From assembly GCA_964624635.1 (NCBI GenBank), contig CAZUXM010000001.1, positions 25,307 through 89,306 on the forward strand: 64,000 bases of DNA, given 5' to 3'. The DNA is from an uncultured Candidatus Competibacteraceae bacterium (GTDB lineage Bacteria > Bacteroidota > Bacteroidia > CAIKAF01). Made by a program: the position numbers and the translations under genes. Below are positions 10,229 through 18,773 of the stretch, one piece after another. The notes beneath the pieces are model-generated. The model did not search any database. It saw only the letters and a program-made list of their open reading frames with translations, and had not been told where the DNA came from. How positions within the stretch are numbered: the first letter of the stretch is position 1; each line of letters starts with the position of its first letter.

Positions 10229-12406
10229 TTAGTTAAGAATTACTTTCATGTTCTTATTTCTTGACCCATCATTAATAATTAAAATATAGGATCCTCTATC
10301 AAAATCACTCACCCTAATACTAAAGCGGTCAATATTATTAAGCTCAATTGCTCCAGTCATCAATACTCTTCCTCTCATATCAGTGAATATAAAACTATAG
10401 TTATTCAAATTGGTTTGATCTTTAATATCTAACCATAATTCATCTACTGTAGGATTTGGATAAACCATTATATTTTCATCAGGGTGTTCTTCCGTATTAT
10501 CATAACAACCGTTTATTTCGGCCATAGTGGTAGCTGTTGAAATACAACCATTAGGACCTGTTACAGTAACAGAATACGTTCCATTATATATGGTTGGAGC
10601 ATCTACCAAAGTAGGGTTTTGAGAAGAAGAATTAAACCCGTTTGGTCCTGTCCAGCTATAAGTATTCCCTCCTGAAGCAGACAGTAATAAATCATCCATG
10701 GCACAAAGTGGACTGTTACTATTGATGATAACACTTGGTGCTGTATTAACTACCACATGGGTTACTACTGTTGATGAACATCCGGAAGCATTGGTAATGG
10801 TAACTGAATAAGCTCCACCATCACTGGTAGATGCACTTGGAATGATAGGATTTTGATGAGTAGATGTAAACCCTCCAGGGCCTGTCCACAAATGTTGAGC
10901 TAAACTATCGCTTGCAGATAATAGAATCGTGCTTCCTGAACATAATGGAGAATTATTCCATGCAAATGGAAAAGTAGGGATGTTTAATACTTCAACGGTT
11001 GCAGTATCATATAACACTCCACATCCCCATGGATCAATGTAGGTATAGGTTATTTGATGTATTCCAACTCCGGCTTCTAACGGAAAAAAATAATCTCCGC
11101 TAACTCCGGTGCCTGCAAATGTTCCACCGCTAGGATTTGCAAACAGATTTACTGTGTCTTTATTTAAACAATAAAAACTATCCAGGTTAAGAATCTTTGC
11201 TTCTAGTAAAGACAATTCAGCTGATATTATTGAAGTAACTGACGCAAAATAGCAGGTGGTATCTATATATGATCCTGTTCCTCCAAATATTCCGAAGGAA
11301 ACCGTACCATACATACCTCCTACTCCACCTGTATAATCAATATTCCCATTGATAGATGAATAGTTTTTGTAAAAAAACTTGACTCTACCACCACTACCAC
11401 CACCACCACCATCATGAGCTGCAGAATTTCCATCTCCGCCATCTCCACCTTTTACTGATAACAAAGCACCCGCCAATACATTTACATTTTCTCCTAAAAT
11501 AACTATGCTTCCCCCAGATCCACCACCTCCACACCTGCCGGTTAATCCTACACCTTCATTTCCCGACATGTCGATTTCACCACCAATATTTATCCACTCT
11601 GCTGATAGCTTAACAGCTCCGCCTCCATTACCCCCCGGTGCGTTATCCGTTGACCCCCCACTTGAACCTGTAAAAAATGTTTGATCATCTACGTTTCCAT
11701 ACATGGGTCCACCATTTCCGGGCATATCACCTAAATCATATCCACCAGCACCCCCAAATCCACCATATGACCCCCCTCCTGCACCTGATGTGATTGACAT
11801 TCCACCTCCACCCGGACCATTCCCAACATTTACAGTTAATGGTGCTTTATGTCCCATTCCCCTACCTTCAAATTTACCTCGGATAGAAATAGATCTGGCA
11901 TTAATTTCCAGTGGTTGATTTTGTTCTAAAAAAATTACGTCACCTGAATCCAATTGAAACCAATCATAATAAATAGATCCCGATAGAATTGTATCATGAC
12001 CTGACGAGATAAAGGCATTAGGAAATGTTGAATTAAAATCAGACAAAGTAGTGGATGTTGAATCACCATACCACATTAATATTTCTGTTGTACTGGAGCT
12101 ATTTAAAAAGGGAACTTTCACCCAAATTCTGGTTGAGTCAGTATTTAGTCCACTTTCAATCCAATAATCCATAAATATCGAAGGGGTACAAGTGATATTA
12201 GTAAATCTTATATCACCCCCATCAACCCTCATATGACCTTGTGTTATTGGATCAAGCGTATTTACATAAACCAACACCTGAAAGTCTGTTAATACCGAAC
12301 TGCTGTCATTATTAATTTGTACGGATGATTTAAATTGAGGAGCATACGATTGGGAAAATACCCAAACGGGGAAAAAAACAATGGCATGTAAAAAAAGTTT
12401 TTTCAT
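10229..12406 (-). CDS. T9SS type A cargo protein with DUF2341-like N-domain, glycine-rich beta-helix-like core and Ig-like repeats
   Basis: Signal peptide. DGGDIRF...WIES...TRIWVKVP resembles DUF2341. Long GGxGGxG tracts. Two ~80-aa repeats (W.GPNGF.S..QNP). C-terminal VYPNPT...I.V.N Por_Secre_tail-like domain. Confidence 0.8.
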   Translation of the reverse strand: MKKLFLHAIVFFPVWVFSQSYAPQFKSSVQINNDSSSVLTDFQVLVYVNTLDPITQGHMRVDGGDIRFTNITCTPSIFMDYWIESGLNTDSTRIWVKVPFLNSSSTTEILMWYGDSTSTTLSDFNSTFPNAFISSGHDTILSGSIYYDWFQLDSGDVIFLEQNQPLEINARSISIRGKFEGRGMGHKAPLTVNVGNGPGGGGMSITSGAGGGSYGGFGGAGGYDLGDMPGNGGPMYGNVDDQTFFTGSSGGSTDNAPGGNGGGAVKLSAEWINIGGEIDMSGNEGVGLTGRCGGGGSGGSIVILGENVNVLAGALLSVKGGDGGDGNSAAHDGGGGGSGGRVKFFYKNYSSINGNIDYTGGVGGMYGTVSFGIFGGTGSYIDTTCYFASVTSIISAELSLLEAKILNLDSFYCLNKDTVNLFANPSGGTFAGTGVSGDYFFPLEAGVGIHQITYTYIDPWGCGVLYDTATVEVLNIPTFPFAWNNSPLCSGSTILLSASDSLAQHLWTGPGGFTSTHQNPIIPSASTSDGGAYSVTITNASGCSSTVVTHVVVNTAPSVIINSNSPLCAMDDLLLSASGGNTYSWTGPNGFNSSSQNPTLVDAPTIYNGTYSVTVTGPNGCISTATTMAEINGCYDNTEEHPDENIMVYPNPTVDELWLDIKDQTNLNNYSFIFTDMRGRVLMTGAIELNNIDRFSIRVSDFDRGSYILIINDGSRNKNMKVILN

Positions 12407-12440
12407 GACAACGCTTTTGCTGTAGTAAATACACTTCTAA

Positions 12441-12448
12441 CAAATCTA
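12441..12448 (-). promoter_or_regulatory. -7 box TAGATTTG upstream of the glycine-rich T9SS cargo gene
   Basis: Exact TAnnTTTG on the minus strand, ~34 nt upstream of the ATG at 12406. Confidence 0.4.
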
Positions 12449-12822
12449 GAAAATAATACAGGTTTTAATATTAAAAAAACCTTGTTTTTATCTCCGGGCT
12501 AGTGCATATAATTTAGAGGACTCTTACACTAGTTGGGTTGCAACCGAAAAACAAATCTTTTTTTGTCTAACTCCTTATTTAACCTCCATTAAGCCAATAT
12601 AAGAACACAAGTATTTGATTTTTAATAAATTATAATTTTTACATTATATAAAACTTTAATAAGTGCTGATTTTGTTAATATGCATATATATTTATTAAAC
12701 TAAAAATTCACAGGATAATAATAAATAGTTATTATTCAATAATATAAGAATATAAATTATTATATATCTTATTTCAATACTATTAATTTTATCGATGAGG
12801 TTAAATATCCACTAAATCAAGA

Positions 12823-12830
12823 TACTTTTG
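12823..12830 (+). promoter_or_regulatory. -7 box TACTTTTG, 4 nt upstream of the KdsC-like ATG
   Basis: Exact TAnnTTTG. Shares the TTTGCAG context with the 9050 box. Confidence 0.45.
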
Positions 12831-12834
12831 CAGT

Positions 12835-13356
12835 ATGATGGGTTTTGAACATTTACCAAACGAATTATTGCAAAAAATAAGAAGGATAAAACTATTGGTT
12901 ACTGATTGTGATGGAGTTTTAACCGATAATGGGGTTTATTATGGAGAAAACGGCGAGTCTTTTAAAAGATTCTCCATAAGAGATGGGATGGGGGTTGAGA
13001 GACTAAGAGTTCATGCCAATGTTGAAACCTCTATTATGACGGGGGAAAACTCACAATCCGTTAGAAAAAGAGCCGAAAAACTTAAAATAAAATTATTGTA
13101 TCAAGATGTAAAGGATAAAAAGGCAAGATTAGAAGACGTATTATCTGATACCGGCCTTCAAAAAGAAGAGATTGCGTATATTGGAGACGATACTAATGAT
13201 GTGGAGATAATCAAAGAAATAGGATTTTCTGCCACTCCTGCTGACGGAATGATTTTTACAAAAGAAATAGTAGACTATATTTGCAAAGAAAAGGGAGGTT
13301 ATGGAGCTTTTAGAGAAGTAGCCGAACTCATTATATTTGCTAAAAAACATTTGTAA
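12835..13356 (+). CDS. KdsC-family HAD phosphatase (3-deoxy-ulosonate phosphate phosphatase type)
   Basis: LLVTDCDGVLTDNGVYY (DxDGV nucleophile motif) and IGDDTNDVE (motif IV). The 173-aa capless size is typical of KdsC / KDN-9-P phosphatases. Confidence 0.85.
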   Translation: MMGFEHLPNELLQKIRRIKLLVTDCDGVLTDNGVYYGENGESFKRFSIRDGMGVERLRVHANVETSIMTGENSQSVRKRAEKLKIKLLYQDVKDKKARLEDVLSDTGLQKEEIAYIGDDTNDVEIIKEIGFSATPADGMIFTKEIVDYICKEKGGYGAFREVAELIIFAKKHL

Positions 13357-13380
13357 ACAATAGGATTGAATATTTAAGGA

Positions 13381-14265
13381 ATGAGAAGAGTTGATACTAA
13401 AAATGGAAAGAATATTGGAGATGGATTTCCTACGTACATTATTGCAGAAATTGGAATTAATCACAACGGTTCTATTGAAATTGCAAAAAAATTAATTGAT
13501 GCTGCCATCAAGTCGGGCTGTGATGCCGTAAAATTTCAAAAAAGAACTCCGGAAATTTGCGTACCAAGAGACCAATGGGATAAAGAAAGAGAAACTCCTT
13601 GGGGTAAAATGAGCTATATTGACTATAAAAAGAAAATAGAGTTCAGTGAAGATGAATATGGTATCATTGATAAATATTGCAAACAAAAAGGGATTGACTG
13701 GTTTGCTTCCTGTTGGGATGAACCATCAGTAGATTTTATTGAACAATTTGACCCTGTTATTTATAAAATGGCTTCTGCTTCGTTAACCGATTTTCCTCTG
13801 TTAACCAAAGTAAAATCTACAGGGAAGCCCATTATCATTTCTACAGGAATGAGCACAATGGAAGAGATTGATATGGCTATTAAACATGTTGGTTTAGACA
13901 ACCTGCTTATAGCTCATTCCACTTCTGCTTACCCTTGTGTACCTAATGAACTTAACTTACGAATGATTGATACATTACGTAATTTATACCCTAATAATCC
14001 TATTGGGTATTCAGGTCATGAAACCGGATTAGCTACCACTGAAGCTACAGTAGCGCTGGGTTCTAACTTTATTGAACGTCATTTTACCCTTGATAGAGCC
14101 ATGTGGGGAACTGATCATGCCGCCTCTGTTGAACCGGAAGGAATGAGCAGACTGGTTAGAAATATTCGTGATATTGAGATTGCTTTAGGTGACGGGGTTA
14201 AAAAAGTATATGAAAGTGAAAAAGAACCTATCAAACGATTGAGAAGAGTTCATCTCACCAAATAA
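13381..14265 (+). CDS. NeuB-family PEP-condensing synthase (sialic acid/KDN-phosphate synthase-like) lacking the C-terminal SAF domain
   Basis: IIAEIGINHNGS...AVKFQ, ISTGMS, SGHE.G, ERHFTLD and DH.AS motifs of N-acetylneuraminate synthase family TIM barrels. At 294 aa the protein ends before where a SAF/antifreeze-like domain would lie. Confidence 0.85.
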   Translation: MRRVDTKNGKNIGDGFPTYIIAEIGINHNGSIEIAKKLIDAAIKSGCDAVKFQKRTPEICVPRDQWDKERETPWGKMSYIDYKKKIEFSEDEYGIIDKYCKQKGIDWFASCWDEPSVDFIEQFDPVIYKMASASLTDFPLLTKVKSTGKPIIISTGMSTMEEIDMAIKHVGLDNLLIAHSTSAYPCVPNELNLRMIDTLRNLYPNNPIGYSGHETGLATTEATVALGSNFIERHFTLDRAMWGTDHAASVEPEGMSRLVRNIRDIEIALGDGVKKVYESEKEPIKRLRRVHLTK

Positions 14266-15257
14266 TGTTAGAGTCAATCAGTAGTTTTTTTGCATCTATT
14301 AACTGGTCAAATCCGGCTACCATTTCTTTTTTAATCATTTGTGGGGCTGCTTTGTCGTTTGCCTTTATATGGGAAAGAATTTTCCCCTACCAAAAGGGAT
14401 TACCTCTATTCAGAAAAGGCTGGTATCTTGATTTTGTATGGTATACCATTATACAAAGTTTTATTATGGGTACCGTTATTTTTTCTTTTATTATCTATCC
14501 TGCAAGAGAAGCTTTAGGTCTATCAGATGATCAAGGTTTGTTATCACACTGGCCTCTTTGGGCATTGGTATTGTTCTTCTTTGTTACCCATGATTTTTAC
14601 ATTTATTGGTTTCACCGATGGCAACATTACAATCCGTATTTATGGCGAACCCACGAAGCACATCATAGTGTAGAACAAGTAGATTTTGCGGCAGGAAGCA
14701 GATCACATATGGTTGAAATACTCATTAATCAAACCATTGAATTTGCTCCTATTATTTTATTACTCGATGCCAAAACTGCTATCATAGTTCAAAGCATTAA
14801 AGTTACCATTGATGCTGTATATGGACAGTTTATCCATTCTAATGTAAATGCCCGATTAGGATGGTTTGGTTATATATTTAACGGTCCTCGTTTACACCAG
14901 TGGCATCATGGGGATGAATTAGAAGTATACCATGCTAATTTTGCTACTAAACTTTCGTTATGGGATTATTTATTTAAAACTGCTTACAATCCTGATCGTA
15001 AGCCTCGTAAATATGGAGTTTGGTATCGATTCCCTAAAGATTGGTTCACTCAACACATATTTTCCTTTGTACGGTTTAATGTAGGTAAACTTGAAAATTC
15101 AGTTCCTCTTAAATGGTATTTTAATGCTAGAGTAAACGCAATCAAATGTTTTTTTAAGCTATGGAAAATCATATTTAAGAGACGTTTAAATAAAAAACGT
15201 TTAATTGACGGAGAAATATATGCTCCTAAACCAGAATTAGTTGAAATAGATTATTAG
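14265..15257 (+). CDS. fatty acid hydroxylase / sterol desaturase superfamily membrane di-iron oxidase
   Basis: Multiple TM segments plus three histidine boxes (HRWQH, HEAHH, HQWHH). Start overlaps the stop of the NeuB-like gene by 1 nt. Confidence 0.8.
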   Translation: MLESISSFFASINWSNPATISFLIICGAALSFAFIWERIFPYQKGLPLFRKGWYLDFVWYTIIQSFIMGTVIFSFIIYPAREALGLSDDQGLLSHWPLWALVLFFFVTHDFYIYWFHRWQHYNPYLWRTHEAHHSVEQVDFAAGSRSHMVEILINQTIEFAPIILLLDAKTAIIVQSIKVTIDAVYGQFIHSNVNARLGWFGYIFNGPRLHQWHHGDELEVYHANFATKLSLWDYLFKTAYNPDRKPRKYGVWYRFPKDWFTQHIFSFVRFNVGKLENSVPLKWYFNARVNAIKCFFKLWKIIFKRRLNKKRLIDGEIYAPKPELVEIDY

Positions 15258-15629
15258 ATGACTATATCCTTTATTTATCTATTCATAGCGTCTGTTTTAC
15301 AACTGGGTTGGTTGTATAACATGAAAAGATTTAAAAAGGGAATATGGAAACGATTAAAAGCAAAACCATTTCAACTCCTCGATAAAATCAAAATATTATT
15401 ACCAATTATTTTATATCTCGTTTTTGGAATTTCTAATGTAGTATTTCTTACCTGGTCGATGCAAGATATTCCTCCATCCATTGCATATGCAATATGGACA
15501 GGATTAGTGCTGGCTGCTGCTACCGTGATAGATCAGATTCGTTCAAAAAAAAAGCTGCATTATACCAAGATCATTTTTATTATTATCATACTCATCGGTA
15601 TTGTTGGACTTAGATTAAGCACTTCATAA
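15258..15629 (+). CDS. SMR-family small membrane protein (pair member A, TM1 Glu replaced by Gln)
   Basis: 123 aa, 4 predicted TMs, SMR TM3 signature PPSIAYAIWTGL. Begins at the nucleotide after the upstream stop codon. Confidence 0.65.
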   Translation: MTISFIYLFIASVLQLGWLYNMKRFKKGIWKRLKAKPFQLLDKIKILLPIILYLVFGISNVVFLTWSMQDIPPSIAYAIWTGLVLAAATVIDQIRSKKKLHYTKIIFIIIILIGIVGLRLSTS

Positions 15630-15630
15630 T

Positions 15631-16011
15631 ATGCATTGGATATTTTTAATATTAGCAGCTGTATGTGAAATGCTTTGGTTTTATTGCATTGCTTACCTCA
15701 ACAAATACACTTTTAATGAGTTAATAAGTTTGAGTTTCCTTGAAGAACCAAATGGATGGTGGACCGTTGCTTCTATTGCCGGATATGCTATACTTGGAGT
15801 CGCTAATATGGTATTATTTGCCAAAGCCATTCAAAAAATTGTCCCATCTATAGCATTTGCCGTATGGACCGGACTGGCATTGGCAGGAATTACCTTATCT
15901 GACGGGCTGATAAGAAATATTCCGTTCTCGTGGACACAAATTACCAGTATATGTTTGATTATTTTAGGAGTAATTGGACTTAAGTTTCTATCGAAAAAAG
16001 AAGAGGCATAA
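15631..16011 (+). CDS. SMR-family small membrane protein (pair member B, TM1 Glu retained)
   Basis: 126 aa, 4 predicted TMs, signature VPSIAFAVWTGLALAG. Glu13 in TM1 (AAVCEMLW). 1-nt gap from partner A. Confidence 0.7.
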   Translation: MHWIFLILAAVCEMLWFYCIAYLNKYTFNELISLSFLEEPNGWWTVASIAGYAILGVANMVLFAKAIQKIVPSIAFAVWTGLALAGITLSDGLIRNIPFSWTQITSICLIILGVIGLKFLSKKEEA

Positions 16012-16013
16012 AT

Positions 16014-16571
16014 TTATACCGTCATGATTTCTTTTTCTTTTTTGGTAACATGATCATCTACCTTTATTTCAAAATCTTTGGTGAGATTTTGTATTACAGT
16101 TTCAGCATCTTTTGCAAGATCCTCTCCTAATCCGTCTTTCTGCAATTTTTTGATACTTTCATTGGCATTTTTACGAGCATTTCTGATACTTACTTTACAA
16201 TTTTCAGCTTCGTTCTTGGCCAACTTTACCATTTCCTTTCTACGTTCTTCTGTTAATGGTGGAACGTTAATACGAATCACTTCTCCATCGTTTTGTGGAT
16301 TTAATCCCAGGTTACTATTGATAATGGATCTTTCAATATCACCCAATTTATTTTTTTCCCATGGTTGAACAACAATGGTACGTGCATCCGGAGTATTAAT
16401 ATTGGCAATTTGATTAAGAGGGGTCATGGCTCCATAATAGTCAACCATAACGCTATCTAACATTGATGGATTTGCTTTACCGGTTCTAATCTTAACCAAT
16501 TCAACCTCTAAATGGTTAATAGCCTTATCCATCATTTCTTTGGTGCTCTTAATAACTGCTTCTGTACTCAT
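16014..16571 (-). CDS. frr: ribosome recycling factor
   Basis: 185 aa. The sequence (M.KA...L..EL..IRTG.A.P..LD.V.V.YYG..TPL.Q.A......R...V.PW) matches RRF throughout. Confidence 0.95.
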   Translation of the reverse strand: MSTEAVIKSTKEMMDKAINHLEVELVKIRTGKANPSMLDSVMVDYYGAMTPLNQIANINTPDARTIVVQPWEKNKLGDIERSIINSNLGLNPQNDGEVIRINVPPLTEERRKEMVKLAKNEAENCKVSIRNARKNANESIKKLQKDGLGEDLAKDAETVIQNLTKDFEIKVDDHVTKKEKEIMTV

Positions 16572-16591
16572 GATCTTCTACAATTGAACAA

Positions 16592-16599
16592 CAAAAATA
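16592..16599 (-). promoter_or_regulatory. -7 box TATTTTTG upstream of frr
   Basis: Exact TAnnTTTG on the minus strand, 20 nt upstream of the frr ATG. Confidence 0.45.
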
Positions 16600-16654
16600 A
16601 TGAAGTATTTGACTTAGCCCAATCCTCAATATTCATAACTTTACACCAATAATT

Positions 16655-17428
16655 ATGCTTATGAAACCTCAGTTACAGGCTTTTGACAGACTTCTCACCA
16701 TCATGGATGAATTAAGGGAAAAATGTCCCTGGGATAAAAAACAAACCATGGAATCACTTCGATACCTTAGTATTGAAGAACTATACGAATTGTCGGATGC
16801 TATTATAGAAGGTGATGATCAAGAAATAAAAAAAGAATTAGGAGACATTATTTTGCATATAGTTTTCTACGCAAAAATTGCCAGCGAAACCAACAAGTTT
16901 GATATTACGGATGTATTAAATACCATTTGTGATAAATTGGTCGTACGACATCCACATATTTATGGAAACATAGAGGTAAATAACGAAGAAGAGGTAAAAC
17001 GGAATTGGGAGACTATTAAATTAAAAGAAGGGAAAAAATCTGTTTTGGAAGGCGTTCCTAATAGCCTTCCTGCGATGGTAAAGGCTTTTCGTATGCAGGA
17101 AAAGGCAAAAGGTGTGGGCTTTGAATGGAGCAATGCCGAAGATGTTTGGAAAAAAGTACAGGAAGAATTAAATGAGTTTAAAGAAGAGTCAGGCAAACCC
17201 AACAACCACGACAAGCTGGAAAATGAGTTTGGAGATGTACTTTTTTCGATGATTAATTATGCTCGATTTATCGGTATTAATCCCGAAGATGCTCTGGAAA
17301 GGACCAATAAAAAGTTCCTTAAGAGGTTTAAATACATGGAAGACAGGGCCCGTGACAATGGCAAACAATTGCACAATATGAAATTGGAGGAAATGGATAT
17401 TTATTGGGAGGAAGCCAAGAAGCTATGA
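16655..17428 (+). CDS. mazG: nucleoside triphosphate pyrophosphohydrolase MazG
   Basis: Tandem MazG domains. CPWD..QT..SL..Y..EE.YE and EE.GD.L motifs in both halves. 257 aa. Confidence 0.9.
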   Translation: MLMKPQLQAFDRLLTIMDELREKCPWDKKQTMESLRYLSIEELYELSDAIIEGDDQEIKKELGDIILHIVFYAKIASETNKFDITDVLNTICDKLVVRHPHIYGNIEVNNEEEVKRNWETIKLKEGKKSVLEGVPNSLPAMVKAFRMQEKAKGVGFEWSNAEDVWKKVQEELNEFKEESGKPNNHDKLENEFGDVLFSMINYARFIGINPEDALERTNKKFLKRFKYMEDRARDNGKQLHNMKLEEMDIYWEEAKKL

Positions 17429-17513
17429 TTATATAGCTAGAATATTAAAAAAATGGTATATTTATTGTCATTAACAGATAGATATTAATACGATACTGTA
17501 ATTTTACCACCTT

Positions 17514-18128
17514 ATGAAAAGGTCATCTCAAAGAATTTTTTCTGCTATCCTTTTGTTATTTATGGTATTCGTAGGATCTAACCTTCATTCTCAAAGGTTA
17601 GGAAAGTGGGATAAAAGACAATGGAGAAAAAATATCATATGGCTCGAAGGGATGGGGGCTAGTGGTGTAGTAGGAGTTCATTATGAAAGGGTTTTTATGT
17701 TAGGAAGAGCATTTTCATTAAGAGCTGATGTTGGGGTCAGTCCCTTTTATGTATCTGACAGGTTTGAATTATATGCCGGCAAAAGTATGACTGCTATTGT
17801 TGGGGGTGGTTTTTACGCTTTCCCTAACGCATTTAAAATAGGAATAGGCTGTTCAATGTTAAATGATTTTTTCTTTGACCGCATTCCGGAAACCGTTCCC
17901 CCGGCTATCAATGATACTACCCATGGAGGAACTCCTATTGATGCTGTAGGTCCTAAAAATTATAAAGTTCGAATTATGCCTTATTTGGTACTAGAAGGTA
18001 CCATTGCCAACAGAGTAGTTGTAAGAGCCGGATACTCTCCAATTATCGATCCCGATAATGACCTTCAAACAGAAACCTCTTTTATGCATTGGGCTACTAT
18101 TAGTGTAGGTTATAAATTTGGCAAATAG
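17514..18128 (+). CDS. hypothetical secreted protein (possible small beta-barrel), paralogue 1
   Basis: Signal peptide. Shares GV.YER.F, glycine/aromatic-rich strands and a terminal aromatic-containing tail (GYKFGK) with the next gene. Confidence 0.6.
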   Translation: MKRSSQRIFSAILLLFMVFVGSNLHSQRLGKWDKRQWRKNIIWLEGMGASGVVGVHYERVFMLGRAFSLRADVGVSPFYVSDRFELYAGKSMTAIVGGGFYAFPNAFKIGIGCSMLNDFFFDRIPETVPPAINDTTHGGTPIDAVGPKNYKVRIMPYLVLEGTIANRVVVRAGYSPIIDPDNDLQTETSFMHWATISVGYKFGK

Positions 18129-18139
18129 TATTCCCATTA

Positions 18140-18724
18140 ATGCAGTCAAAACTCTTTTTTATCAGCTTTATATTTTTCGTACTTACTCTTACGCTTCATT
18201 CGCAAAATTCAATGCTCGATTCAACCAAACTTGACAAAGTAGGGAATAAAAAAAATGGATTTTTCTTTGAAGCAGCTGGATCAAGTTCACTCGCCGGAGT
18301 ATATTATGAACGATTTATCCCTATAAAAATTAAAGATAAACGTCCCATTCAAATCAGATTTCAGGGGGGATTTAGTCCGTTTACCTTTTTCAGATTCTCA
18401 TTTAGTGATGGAATATCCATCCCTGTTGGTGTTAATTTTATGTTCCTGCCCGGACGATTTAAATTAGGTGCTGGGATGATGTTTTTAAATAGTTTTTATT
18501 TTGCGCCCATTGAAGTGGAAGACCATGGCTTTAGCCCTACCAAAATTACTCAAACACAATATAAATTGTTTTTACAACCACAGGTAATATTTGAATACCA
18601 CATCAGCACTAAGTTTTTAATCAAAGCCACCTTCAATCCCACCTTTATGCCTGAGCCAAATGCCGGCGTGTTACAATATAGATTCATGCCTTGGGGAGGA
18701 TTAAGTGCCGGTTTAAAGTTTTAA
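18140..18724 (+). CDS. hypothetical secreted protein, paralogue 2
   Basis: Signal peptide. Alignable by eye to 17514..18128 (AGVYYERFI vs VGVHYERVF; ends SAGLKF vs VGYKFGK). Confidence 0.6.
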   Translation: MQSKLFFISFIFFVLTLTLHSQNSMLDSTKLDKVGNKKNGFFFEAAGSSSLAGVYYERFIPIKIKDKRPIQIRFQGGFSPFTFFRFSFSDGISIPVGVNFMFLPGRFKLGAGMMFLNSFYFAPIEVEDHGFSPTKITQTQYKLFLQPQVIFEYHISTKFLIKATFNPTFMPEPNAGVLQYRFMPWGGLSAGLKF

Positions 18725-18746
18725 TCCCTGAAATAAAATCTATTTC

Positions 18747-18754
18747 TATTTTTG
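18747..18754 (+). promoter_or_regulatory. -7 box TATTTTTG upstream of the thioredoxin gene
   Basis: Exact TAnnTTTG, 19 nt upstream of the ATG at 18774. Confidence 0.45.
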
Positions 18755-18773
18755 CCACTTAATTTATAAAACA

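Noticed and set aside
11703-11918. Proline-rich 71-aa ORF (PPPAPDV...).
   Set aside because: It is the mirror image of the glycine-rich (GGN codons) region of the 10229..12406 gene. CCN codons on the antisense strand are an automatic by-product.
15258-16011. Guanidine riboswitch-controlled SugE/Gdx-type exporter.
   Set aside because: The SMR genes have no upstream non-coding space (0-1 nt junctions) and sit at the end of a biosynthetic-looking operon. No ykkC or mini-ykkC-like hairpins are seen in the 12407-12834 leader.
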